A DNA stretch of 64,000 nt from Octopus sinensis (GCF_006345805.1 NC_042998.1:26412001-26476000), one strand, 5' to 3'. Shown: positions 51,167 to 63,247, numbered from the stretch's first letter. Notes: a model not told the origin generated them from the letters alone. Translations and numbers: made by a program.

Positions 51167-51170
51167 TATA

Positions 51171-52272
51171 TATAATTTCAACAATTGAGGGCAAAATTAA
51201 TTAATTATTAATCAATTTCACCAAGTATTCAGTATGCAAAGGGACCATTCAAGGCGAATTCAAATTATTACATATATAAAAGGGCTTAGTAAAATAAATT
51301 ACTTTGCCGCATACTGAACTCATTAGAAATAGCAGCTAAAAACTTTTTAAGGCTATTTCTAATACTTAAAGAAAATCTCTCTCATATATAGTGTTTGCAT
51401 AATTTAACTCACAAAAGTTTGGGGGTAATGACATCGAAAAATCAAATGCTAAGGTATTCGAGAACGTACGTTTCAAGATTAGTCAAAACAACATTTCTAT
51501 CATCGGCTCGGAAATTCCTTGGTTTGGATTTGGAAACACTGAAAATAAGAACATACCCTCTCGAAGATCTGCTCCCAACTAACAGTGCCAACAAATTCAA
51601 AATAAGCAAGCGAAGAATCTCTGTTCTCCCCTTTCCACCAGCGTGGGTTAAAATCATCAAACTCTATGCTTATTTCTAATGAGTTCAGTATGCGGCAAAG
51701 TAATTTATTTTACTAAGCCCTTTTATATAATGTAATAATTTGAATTCGCCTTGAATGGTCCCTTTGCATACTGAATACTTGGTGAAATTGATTAATAATT
51801 AATTAATTTTGCCCTCAATTGTTGAAATTATAATTAATCTCCCTCTGATTAATGCTTCGGACTTACCGAAATAAGCATAGAGTTTGATGATTTTAACCCA
51901 CGCTGGTGGAAAGGGGAGAACAGAGATTCTTCGCTTGCTTATTTTGAATTTGTTGGCACTGTTAGTTGGGAGCAGATCTTCGAGAGGGTATGTTCTATTT
52001 TCAGTGTTTCCAAATCCAAACCAAGGAATTTCCGAGCCGATGATAGAAATGTTGTTTTGACTAATCTTGAACGTACGTTCTCGAATAACCTTAGCATTTG
52101 ATTTTTCGATGTCATTACCCCCAAACTTTTGTGAGTTAAATTATGCAAACACTATATATGAGAGAGATTTTCTTTAAGTATTAGAAATAGCCTTAAAAAA
52201 GTTTTTAGCTGCTATTTCTAATGAGTTCAGTATGCGGCAAAGTAATTTATTTTACTAAGCCCTTTTATATAA
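51171..52272. repeat. Compound inverted duplication (X-B-X'-junction-B'-x')
   Basis: 51171-51330 versus 51672-51832 and 51276-51677 versus 51868-52272 are near-identical reverse complements. Confidence 0.9.
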
Positions 52273-52274
52273 TA

Positions 52275-52278
52275 TACA

Positions 52279-52311
<33 letters not shown>

Positions 52312-52375
52312 GTATATGACTATCTCTCTCTATATATGTGTGTGTGTGAATATATATATATATATATATTTATAC

Positions 52376-52433
<58 letters not shown>

Positions 52434-52436
52434 TAC

Positions 52437-52473
<37 letters not shown>

Positions 52474-52500
52474 ATATACACATATATATATATAATATAC

Positions 52501-52563
<63 letters not shown>

Positions 52564-52619
52564 TATATATATATGTATATGACTATCTCTCTCTATATAT
52601 ATGTGTGTGTGTGAATATA

Positions 52620-52663
<44 letters not shown>

Positions 52664-52670
52664 CAATCAT
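52275..52670. repeat. Compound (TA)n microsatellite
   Basis: Directly visible; duplicated gtatatgactatctctctct unit. Confidence 0.9.
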
Positions 52671-53049
52671 GCTTACACACACACCCATACAAGACTGTAT
52701 ACAGAGATGTAAGATAAGTATTTCACACTCAAGTTTATTTATTTGTTAACCATATGTCCATGCACAGAATATGTTCTCACTCTTGAATTATTTTATTGTA
52801 GCAATGGCTAGTAACTTTATATAAAGGGAAAAAGAAAGAGCCTGTTTTAGATAGTGAAACAATAACAATGTTGTAACCAGCACCACAGCCTAAAATAACA
52901 TTACTCATCCGCCACTGGATGGAAGACTGTGTAACATGGGTCTCAGAGAAGAGCGAAGCATGTCATAGCTGTATGATATCCATAAGTTGTTTCTATTCAT
53001 TTGATTTCTTACTTGAATGCCAATGATCTATTTAGGCAAACACTGACTG

Positions 53050-53160
53050 GGTTACCACCACCACCACCACCATCACTGTCACTACCATTACCCCCCACCC
53101 CCGACCACCACTGCTGCTGACGCCATCACCACCACCACCACTGCCACAACCACAACCGCC
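53050..53160. repeat. (CAC)n-rich low-complexity tract
   Basis: Directly visible. Confidence 0.8.
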
Positions 53161-54118
53161 TCTGCTGTGCTTCAGCTATCACAGCAGCAGTATTATCAAC
53201 AGCCTTCTAAAAGATACAGATTAAAACCAACTGGTAAAACAACTAACATTTAATCTACATGTATTTTAGGCAAACTATAAAATCTATTGGCAAAATCTTC
53301 AAGTTTAAAAACAGATTCTTCAGTAAAACTTAGAGAAAATACCTTCTTCAGTAAACCAAGAATAAATCTGGATTTTTACACCTAATTTATCCAACAATTT
53401 TGTGGGAAGTTTACTTAGCACCAACAAAAGAAAGAATTTATTTAAATATATAAAATAATTATATGAATTATGTATGTAAATTAATTTTATTATAATGAAT
53501 AAATTGAGTATTGGGTGTCTGTTGTTGTTGTTTGAAGTGGATGTGACTCTGGTTATTTAGAATAAATCTATGTTGAGGAGGATGTATTCCTTATCAAAAT
53601 TAGATCAGTAGGTATAGTAAGCAGTATCTGCCAATCTCATTTCCTGGTAAGAACAAATAAACATATCTGCCGATTCTATCTGAGGCATAGGTAAATTGTA
53701 GACTGGCAGATTGTTTTAAGAAGCTAGTGCAGTCAAATGGTAAAATCATTTGCCGCACAGAACCCTCAGAACACTTGATCTTTTTACAAATTTTATAACA
53801 TAACCATATCAGTTCTTTCTGCTACAGTCCAAGTTTAGTTGAACATAGGTCACGTAGACCTATGTTTTATGCTTTTTGTATAGATTATCTCAATCACAAG
53901 CATGCCGCTGTCCTGAGATAGAAACTACTATCTGTATATACATACACACACACATATATATATATATAATATACACATATATATTTTGGTGCGAAGGAAA
54001 GCCTTCTTTTTCTGTCAAGGGCTTATATGCCCCTTTATTAGACTATTTTCCTAAGTCATTGCACTGTGATCACCATAAGCTTTAAGCTTATACAAAAATA
54101 CCATTATTATTATTTACA

Positions 54119-54154
<36 letters not shown>

Positions 54155-54330
54155 AGTTAATCCAAACAAGAAAGCACAAAAAATCACAACAACGCGAGGA
54201 CATGGAACAAATTTAGTATTATTGGATGCTCAGGAAAGAAGGAGTGTTTAACGTTTCAAGTGGAGCTCTTCGTCGGAAACGTAGGAGAAGGAAAGATCCA
54301 GAGAAGGGAAGACAGGAAAAAAATAATATA
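54155..54330 (-). mobile_element. Family A hammerhead-bearing repeat
   Basis: Aligns to the 8745 copy; motif at 54246-54280. Confidence 0.65.
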
Positions 54331-54349
54331 TATATAAACACACAGATAA

Positions 54350-54720
54350 GTGTTGTGGCCGATGACAGTACCGCCTGATTGGCATATAAAAAGCACCGTT
54401 CAAGCGTGGTTGATGACAGTGCCGGCTGACTGGTCCTGTGCTGGTGGTACATAAAAGCACCATTCAAGCATGGTGATTGCCAATGCCACCTGACTGGTTC
54501 CTGTGCTGGTGGAACATAGAAAGCACCATTCAAGTGTGGTTGGTGTCAGTACTGCCTGACTGGCTCCTGTGCAGGTAGCATGTAAAAAACACCCACTACA
54601 CTCTCAGTGGTTGGCATTAGGAAGGGCTTCCAGTTGTAGTAACTTTACCAGCCCTCAGTCAAACCATCCAACCCATGCCAGCATGGAAAACGGACGTTAA
54701 ATGACAATGATGGTGATGAT
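54350..54720 (+). mobile_element. RTE 3'-end-derived repeat
   Basis: Several internal ~60-bp units and the shared tail. Confidence 0.7.
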
Positions 54721-56369
54721 AGCCTCTATGCACATCAGTGAACTCAACCTGCTGTTTCCTGATATGACCATTAAATCTCTCTGCTACAATGAAAGTTATA
54801 GTGCCATTTGTTTTTGAGTTGGCACAAAGGTTACATAGACCCAGCACTTTCTACATGTCCATTAGCATATAAGTAGATGTAACATTTGGTACTTGGTTAC
54901 ATACCAGTAGCAAAAGTGAATAACCCACTCATCATCCCACTGGGAATATTTTTACACCAACCTTGCCAAAGTACCCTGTATGGTATATTGCCAAAATACC
55001 AAAATGTTATTTTTCTTTTTTATTGTTATTTTTTGTTTTTGTTTGTTTCTTTTTTTTTTTTTTTTCTTTTTTTCTTTTTTTGCGTTTAACAGTTTTCACA
55101 GCAGATAAGGCTTAGAATGGTTTTGAAGAAAATTTAGTGTTGGAATTTACATTTTTGAAATTGTGATATGAATTTCAAAAAAAATTAGAAATGCAATTTG
55201 AAACAGCACAAAAATCCCTCATGTTTGTTTTCGGGAAATATTTTAATAAAAATTCTCAGATATAAAACTTTAATAAATTAAAGAAATTTTGTTTTCTTAA
55301 AATAGATTTAATAAGTTAAATATCAATTTAATGATGTAAAAACAAAGAACAATAATTGCACAGCTTAATCTATTCTAATTAAAGATAAATCATTTTAAAA
55401 TTCAATAAGGAAAAGTTAGGCAATGGTTTTTTTTTTTTTTTATTGTCTTAAGTTGAATTTTTGAAGATAGATCTGTTACATTTGAAAAATATATATTCAC
55501 TATAAAAAAAAGCGAATAATATAAATTGCCATGAAATAGTTCTCATTACAAAATAAGGCCCTCAAACCAATTGTATCCAAACTTATGATAGCATTTTAGT
55601 ATACTGTAAATGTAAACTGAATTTTGTTGCATTTCAAAGATTAAAAATTTCACTTGCATAAATGTTTTACTAAGAGCATAAGAGACTGAAATTGTTTTTA
55701 ATATGAATCATTCATAGTTTAGGAAGTAAGATCAAAGTAATATTTTTTATAAGCATAAATGCTAGAATAATGTGTTTCAAACAAAATATTCGGAGAGAGA
55801 GAGAAACAGACAGACTGAAATGAATTTATTAAGACATTCACTTGACACGAGGATGCGTAATAAATTAGGTGATCTACATTCGACTAATATCATCATCATC
55901 ATCATCATTGCTATTTCATATCCATTTTCCATGCTGACATGAGTTAGATGGTTTGACAGAAACAGGCAAGTCAGAAGAGTACATTATTGACCAAAAGAAT
56001 ATGGGTTAAAGAATTTACCAATCTAAAGCAAACACACTACTAAGAATTAATCAAGGTGTCACCTACAAATATAAAATAACAAAGAGAATTATGATGTACT
56101 TTAGAACATAACTTTAGGTGCTTGTAGCAATCACTGTTACTTTGATTGTAAACAATTTATCTGCACAATCAAACGAATTGTTTACAATTATCATAACACG
56201 CAGCATTGGCCAAAAAACTATAGATGTGTTCTATATTACATTACAGAGATGAAACAAGCACTGTTAGACACAAGAGTAATTTAAAGAGAGAATTAGTTAT
56301 GTCAAATAACAAAAGAATATATATTGATGATTAAGAAGGAAGAAATAATACAATTAAAAGGATAATAAA

Positions 56370-56880
56370 TCTTTTCTACTCTAGGCACAAGGCCCAAAAT
56401 TTTTGGGGAGGGGGCCAGTCAATTAGATCAACGCCAGTATGCAACTGGTACTTAATTTATTGACCCTGAAAGGATGAAAGGCGAAGTCAACCAAGGCGGA
56501 ATTTGAACTCAGAACATAGATGGGATACTGCTAAGCATTTTGCCCAGCGTGCTAACATTTCTGCCAGCTCACCTCCTTAAATATTCTTTTCTACTCTAGG
56601 CACAAGGCCCGAAACTTTTGGGGTGGGGGCCAGTCGATTAGATCGACTCCAGTACGCAACAGGTACTTAATTTACTGACTCTGAAAGGATGAAAGGCAAA
56701 GTCGACCTCAGCAGAATTTGAACTCAGAGCGTAAAGACAGACAAAATGCCACTAAGCATTTCACCTGGCGTGCTAACATTTTTTCCAGCTCGCCACCTTA
56801 TGCTGCCATTTTATTTTTTTCTACTCTAAGCTCAAAGCCCAACATTTTTGGGGAGGAACCAGTCAATTAAATCACCACCT
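56370..56880 (-). mobile_element. Head-to-tail array of S3 SINEs (2 full and 1 partial)
   Basis: Units begin near 56371, 56589 and 56817 with ttctactctaggcacaaggccc. Confidence 0.75.
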
Positions 56881-57779
56881 TAATTAAAAGGATAATAAAC
56901 GGGGAATAAATGGTATAGAGACAACAGGAAAAGTGATACTGAAAAGAAAAGCAGAGAGTACAGTTTTTGTATAAATACTGGGAAAAAAACAGTGTTAATA
57001 AAGAAAAAAATTAATATAGTAGAAAGAGGAAAGAATATTATTAGTCTTATAATTTTACAAGCAGTTCATACAAGTTTAGAAAATATTGTAAACTGGTAGG
57101 TGTCCATGGAGAATCCGTAGGTGATAGATATTCAGTCTTATAGTTTATTACTTGTGGCAAACTACACTGAAAAGTAGCCATTAAATAAAATATATGTTCC
57201 TCTTTATCATATTTATAAAATGATAAACTATATATAAGTGTGCTTGTGGTAAAAAGTTTGCTTCCCAACCATCTGGTTATGGGTTCAGTCCCACTGTGTG
57301 ACATCTTGGACAAGTGTATTTTAGTATAGCTTTGGGCCAACCAAAGCCTTATGAGTGGATTTGGTTGACGGAAACTGAAAGAAGCATTTCATATATATAT
57401 ATCTTTTACTTGTTTCAGTAATTTGACTGCAGCCATGCTGGTGCACCACCTTTCATCAAAGAAATCGACCTCAGGACTTATTCTTTGTAAACCTAATACT
57501 ATACTTATTCTAGCAATCTCTTTTGCTGAACTGCTAAGTTACAGGGACATAAACACAACAACACCGACTGTCAAGCAGTGATGGGGAACAGATACAAAGA
57601 CATATATACACACACATACATGCACATATATATATGTGTCTGTGTCTGTGTTTGTCACCTACCACTGCTTGACAACTGGTATTGGTGTGTTTATGTCCCC
57701 ATAACTTAGTGGTTCAGCAAAAGAGATCGATAGCATAAGTACCAGGCTTAAAATAAAAATTAGAACTGGGTTGAATTCA

Positions 57780-57967
57780 GTTCTATACTTAAGAGATGAG
57801 GAATTATGTACAATATTTACATTTGATAGATGTTTGTCCTCATCTTGTTTGTTGTTAACACATTTCAGCTGATATACCCACCAGCCTTCATCAGGTGTCT
57901 TGGAGAAATTTCGAACCTGGGTTCTCATTCCTAAGGTATTTTCTATGTTGTTGTTATTATTATTATG

Positions 57968-58010
<43 letters not shown>

Positions 58011-58114
58011 TCACTGCCTGGAATCGAAGTCGGAATCTTGGGGTCAGTAGCCCACACTCTTAACCACTACACCATATGCCCATGGGACAAATATCCATCA
58101 AATGTAAATAATGT
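57780..58114 (-). mobile_element. tRNA-headed, (AAT)n- and hammerhead-containing element inserted in an S1 SINE
   Basis: A/B-box-like head at 58009-58081, (AAT)n at 57945-58006, hammerhead core at 57858-57898, 30-bp inverted repeats at 57810-57839 and 58085-58114. Confidence 0.55.
57858..57898 (-). ncRNA. Decayed minimal hammerhead-like motif (family C)
   Basis: Reverse complement ACAC-CTGATGA-A-GGCTG GTGGGTATAT CAGCT-GAAA-TGTGTT; stem III appears partly deleted. Confidence 0.5.
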
Positions 58115-58509
58115 GGGGGCAATTCATTCAAATAAAACTTTTCAAGGCAGTGCCCCAGCATGGCCGCAGTCCAATGACTGAAGCAAGTAAAAGAGACAAG
58201 ATACTAAAATATACTATTTATTCGTGTAAGAGAAACCTATATACATTTCTATTTGGTATTCAGATGACTGAATCACTAGTAAAAGTGTTCCACGAAATAC
58301 AGTGATAGTGAAAGTATCATAGCAGCTAACTGTTTTCCATATGCATATCAAGTAGAGGAGAAAACAAACAGAGAAATGAAGACACACTACTAATTGTATA
58401 AGTAGTAGTTTATTTTCCTTGAAATATAATGGAGCTAGCTACTCAAATACAGAAAATACCACTTGAAATATAATTTGAAATTAATATAGATTAAGTGTGT
58501 CAGAGCATA

Positions 58510-58556
58510 CAGGGTGTCTGTAAATTATCTTTACAATTTCAAAAAAAAGAAAATAC

Positions 58557-58607
<51 letters not shown>

Positions 58608-58806
58608 CAGAAAGAAGAAATAAGGATAACTCAGCAGGTTGCATGCAGCTAATGGAACCAATGTAGAAGTGTTCTTGTGTTTCTAATAAAACTTTATTTG
58701 TTTTCCAATGTTTTCTAATAAACGCTGCAGAGTTATTCTTATCTTTTTTACTGAATAATCTCTTTTTTTGTCTTTCAAGTTGTAAAGATAATTTATGGAC
58801 ACCCTG
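58510..58806. mobile_element. Tc1/mariner-type MITE
   Basis: About 27-bp TIRs cagggtgtctgtaaattatctttacaa / ttgtaaagataatttatggacaccctg with TA on both sides. Confidence 0.8.
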
Positions 58807-58939
58807 TATACAACGTGAAAAATTGAAACTAAATATTCCTTCTTTGTACCATCAGGGTAATAAATGATTTCAGGTGACTTTTTTGGATGAGTACTACCCC
58901 ATTAGTCAAATGAAGGGTTGGGTTCAAAATTCCACCAGA

Positions 58940-58983
58940 ACACCTGATGAAGACTGGAGAGTACATCAGCCGAAAAGTTGTGA
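58940..58983 (+). ncRNA. Decayed minimal hammerhead-like motif (family C)
   Basis: ACAC-CTGATGA-A-GACTG GAGAGTACAT CAGCC-GAAA-AGT-T-GTGA. Confidence 0.5.
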
Positions 58984-59195
58984 TAACAAGAAACAAGGTG
59001 AGCACACCTATCCGTCCATTGTAAATAATGCATATAGTTTCTGTCTACCAAATCCACTCACAATGCTTTGGTTAGCTGAGGTTAAAGTAGAAGGTGCCAT
59101 GCAGTGGGACTGAACCTGGAACCATGTGGTTGAGAAGCAAACTTCTTACCACATTCCCACACCTGCTATCGTTTACATTTGTTGTAACATACAGT

Positions 59196-59735
59196 CATCA
59201 TCATCATCATTTAACATCTGTTGTTCATGCTGGCATGGGTTGGATGGTTTGACCAGGGCTGGTAAGCTGGAAGGCTGCACCAGACTCCAGTCTGATTTAG
59301 TATGGTTTTCAATGACTGGATGCCCTTCCTAATGCCAACCACTCCAAGAGGGTAACTTGTGGATCTGTGGAATAAGCTGCTGGACGAGATGGTGAAGATG
59401 CCGACGACCGCTCGGTTCAAAGTCTCCCTTGACCACAAGTGGCCTGAACTCTTTACATGAACACCACCCTGTACATAACTCCATGTCCCCCTACATGGCC
59501 TTGCTTTTTGCTTTTTGAGCCAAAAATTAACTAACTAACTAACTAAGGTGCTTTTGCATGACACCAGGGTGCGTTTACGTGCCACCGACATGGGGGTCCC
59601 AATTTGTATGACTCCAGTATCTGCCACAACTGTGATTCTGCTCAACTTGATGGGTCTTCTTCTTAAGCACGACATAATTCCAAAGGTCTTGGTCATTGCC
59701 TCCATGAGACCCAACACTCAACACTTGGCAAAATA
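59196..59735 (-). mobile_element. RTE 3' end interrupted by the CR1 fragment
   Basis: (CAT)n tail at the left; the right part is the reverse complement of an RTE ORF end (LGLMEAMT...DLWNY). Confidence 0.6.
59359..59546 (+). mobile_element. CR1 LINE 3' end
   Basis: VDLWNKLLDEMVKMPTTARFKVSLDHKWPELFT* matches the CR1 RT C-terminal WNxLP..FK..LD motif; (TAAC)n tail at 59528-59546. Confidence 0.75.
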
Positions 59736-60036
59736 AAAAAATCTATTTATTCAATCATGCCGTATGGTAAAGAAAAACACACAGAATAGAATATGGTGCT
59801 TCCAAATGAGCAGAACTCACTGGCTAAAAGCCAGTAAGAGAATATTAAATTTAGATGAGATAAATTAGCGCAAATCAAATGAATTAATTAAATCTATGTA
59901 AGATGCTCTTTGAAATAATCCTCTAAGGTACATGTAGATCTGACATAAGAAAGATCTGTGATTTCAAACTAATTAAGTCTCGTTCATTTTCAGACACAAT
60001 CACCACCCTTCATAGTTTTCTCACCCATTTTATACA

Positions 60037-60510
60037 TCATCATCATCATCGTTTAATGTCCGCTTTCCATGCTAGCGTGGGTTTGATGATTTGACTGAGG
60101 ACTGGCAAACCAGATGGTTGCACCAGGCTCCAATCTTGATCTGGCAGAGTTTCTACAGCTGGATGCCCTTCCTAATGCCAACTACTCCGAGAGTACCGGA
60201 TGCTTTTACGTGTCACTGGCACGGGGTCCAGTCAAGCGGTATTGGCAGCAACCTTGCTTGAATGTTTTATTCACGGGCCACTGGCACAAGTGCCAGTAAT
60301 GCGACGCTGGTAACGATCATGCTCGAATGGTGCCTTTTACATGCCACCGAACACGGAAGCCAGTTAGTTGCTCTGGCAATGATCACAGTCGGATGGTGCT
60401 CTTGGCGCCCCACTTGCATGAGGCACAAGTGCCAGTAAGGTGATGCTGGTAATGATCACGCTCAAATGGTGCCTTTTATGTGCCACCATCACGAAAGCAA
60501 GTTAGCCGCT
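60037..60510 (-). mobile_element. RTE 3'-end-derived repeat
   Basis: Shared motif and internal units. Confidence 0.75.
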
Positions 60511-60549
60511 CATATCAAAAATTAGTTTTTCGTTGACGTAGACATCTTT

Positions 60550-60740
60550 CTTTTACTTGTTTCAATCATTAGACTGTGGCCATGCTGGGACATTGCCTTG
60601 AGAGTTTTAGTCAAACGAATCAACCCCAGTGCCTATTTTTAAAGCCTGGTACTTGGTCTTTCTGTCTCTTTTACCGAACTGCTAAGTCATGGGAAAATAA
60701 ACACACCACTGGTTTCAAGTAGTGATGGGTGACAAACACA
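60550..60740 (-). mobile_element. SINE S1, 3' half
   Basis: Reverse complement of the shared tail and body. Confidence 0.7.
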
Positions 60741-60797
60741 GACACAAATACACCCACTCACACACATACATACACACACACACTCATATATATGTGA

Positions 60798-60843
<46 letters not shown>

Positions 60844-60917
60844 TAGAAATAGTGCAATGTTCCATGGTGGTATGATCAACAAAAAAGTACTCCATCTGGT
60901 GAGAGATAAATAATATA

Positions 60918-61060
60918 TCATCATCATCGTTTAACGTCCGCTTTCCATGCTAGCATGGGTTGGACAATTTTGACTGAGGGCTGGCGAGCCAGATGGCTGC
61001 ACCAGGCTCCAATCTTGATCTGGCAGAGTTTCTACAGCTGGATGCCCTACCTAATGCCAG
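60918..61060 (-). mobile_element. RTE 3'-end-derived repeat (short)
   Basis: (CAT)n-cgtttaacgtccgctttcc motif. Confidence 0.75.
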
Positions 61061-61177
61061 TGTATGTATATATAAATATACACACACACATCTATATATA
61101 TTATATTAATAATTCTATATTAAGATTTTCGTGCTGACCCCCTGATAAAATCATGAATGGTTTTATTCTTATTATAC

Positions 61178-61590
61178 AGGAGTGGCTGTGTGGTAAGTAG
61201 CTTGCTTACCAACCACATAGTTCCAGGTTCAGTCCCTGAACCTGGAACTACATGATATCTTGGAACTGCATGGCACCTTGGGCAAGTGCCTTCTGCTAGA
61301 GCCATAGGCCGATGAAAGCCTTGTGAGCAGATTTGGTAGACGGAAACTGAAAGAAGCTTGTGTGCATATATATGCATATGTTTGTGTGTCTGTTTTGTCC
61401 CCCCACCACCACCATCACATGACAACCGATGTTGGTGTGCTTATGTCCTGGTAACTTAGCAGTTCAGCAAAAGAGACCGATAGAATAAGTACTAGGCTTA
61501 CAAAGAATAAAGTCCTGGGATCGATTTGTTCTACTAAAGGCGATGCTCCAGCATGGCCCCAGTCAAATTACTGAAACAAACAAAAGACTA
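61178..61590 (+). mobile_element. SINE S1 with internal fold-back insertion
   Basis: Shared head, body and tail; palindrome at 61218-61250. Confidence 0.8.
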
Positions 61591-61604
61591 TGTGTGTGTA
61601 TATA

Positions 61605-61830
61605 TTTCTTTACTGTCCACAAGGGGCTAAACATAGAGGGGACAAACAAGGACAGACAAAAGGATTAAGTCGATGTAATCAACCCCAGTGCAAAACTGGT
61701 ACTTTATTTATTGACTCCGAAAGGATGAAAGGCAAAGTCGACCTTGGCGGAATTTGAACCCAGAACGTAACAGCAGACGAAATACGGCTATGCATTTCGC
61801 CCGGTGCGCTAACGTTTCTGCCAGCTCATG
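61605..61830 (-). mobile_element. SINE S3
   Basis: Reverse complement of the 28150 copy. Confidence 0.75.
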
Positions 61831-62474
61831 TGTATACTGCGAATTCCTTTCAGTTTCTGTCAACCAAATCCACTGACAAGCCTTTGGTCAGCCCAAGGTT
61901 ACAGTAGAAGATACTCACCCAAGGGACCCCCGGACTCATGAGGTCGGAAAACAATCTCCTTACCATACAGCCACACCTTTTAACAAGAAAAGTGAAAATA
62001 ACAGACTATTGAGCCTATAAATTAATTAAATACAGAGTAGAATCAGATGAATTCCCAATCCTTTAATTGTCGAATCAACTTGCTCAAGAGGTTAAGAAAA
62101 GCTTCTTTGATGCCTTGAAGTAGTCTATTGTACTGTTGTTATCAGGAAGGAGGGACTATAAACAGCCTTGATGATGACTTCAAACAAGTACCAACAAGCC
62201 TTTCACAATGTCAAGGCTCATTTGCCTGCCTACTTGCCTGCCTGCCTGCCAGCCAGTCATATCCCCCCCCCCAAACACACACACATTTGACACTGTATAT
62301 TTATAGTGTTATTATACATATATATATGCATGCACACATATAGGCATATATAAAAAGGGCAGAGGAGGTTAATAACTGAGGGGCGTAAATTGTTTATAAT
62401 ATATAAACTGTTTATAATATTCTAAGCTTTCTCTCTTCGGCACACACGTGTGACATATTTGAATACGTTTACGC

Positions 62475-62566
62475 ATGCACACACACATACACACACGCTT
62501 TTATATATATGCATGTATGTATTTATATGCATGCTTATATATTTGTATGGGTATGTATAAATTGTG

Positions 62567-62603
<37 letters not shown>

Positions 62604-62681
62604 GAAATTATTGTATACAGTGCTCAGGTGCACCACATATATATATGTGTATATATATATGTATGTGTGTATATATATATA

Positions 62682-62725
<44 letters not shown>

Positions 62726-62790
62726 CTGTACCAAGAACTTTCTTTTTATTATTCTACTATACATACACACATACATATATATATATGTAT
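62475..62790. repeat. Compound (TA)/(TG) microsatellite
   Basis: Directly visible. Confidence 0.85.
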
Positions 62791-62799
62791 ATTATTTTA

Positions 62800-62998
62800 T
62801 TCTTTTACTTGTTTCAGTCATTTGACTGCAGCCATGCTGGAGCACCACCTTAGTTGAGCAAAGACCCCAGGGCTTATTCTTGTAAGCTTAGCACTTATTC
62901 TATCAGTCTCTTTTGCTGAACCGCTAATTTACAGGAACGTAAACAATTGTGGGGGACAAACACAGACTCACAAACATATACATACATGCATATATATA

Positions 62999-63046
<48 letters not shown>

Positions 63047-63225
63047 ATATATAAAAATATATATATATATATATACACAGGCTTCTTTCAGTTTCCGTCT
63101 ATCAAATCCACTCACAAGGCTTTGATTGGCCAGAGGCTATATTAGAAAACACTTGGCCAAGGTGCCATACAGTGGGACTGAACCCAGAACCATGTGGTTT
63201 GCAAGTAAGCTTCTACCACACAGAC
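62800..63225 (-). mobile_element. SINE S1
   Basis: Reverse complement of shared head and tail with expanded (TA)n. Confidence 0.75.
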
Positions 63226-63247
63226 TATAGATGTGTGGTGGTTATAT

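Larger units (their letters stand above)
57236..58195. mobile_element. Composite of S1 pieces in both orientations, interrupted by the 57780-58114 element
   Basis: Plus 5' half at 57236-57400, minus 3' half at about 57405-57600, plus 3' half at 57630-57778 and 58115-58195. Confidence 0.65.

Noticed and set aside
51844-51880. CTGATTA...CCGAAA hammerhead-like junction
   Set aside because: G8 is missing and 7 extra nucleotides precede stem II; it is better explained as the inversion junction hairpin
53050-53255. Open frame HHHH..PPPP..TTTT..QQQYYQQP
   Set aside because: Low-complexity trinucleotide repeat with no splice signals
56370-56880. CRISPR-like regularly spaced repeats
   Set aside because: The units are ~220-bp diverged SINEs with no unique spacers, in eukaryotic DNA with no cas genes
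58009-58081. Possible tRNA gene
   Set aside because: The acceptor and anticodon stems do not pair properly and the B box is altered; it is better read as a SINE-type head
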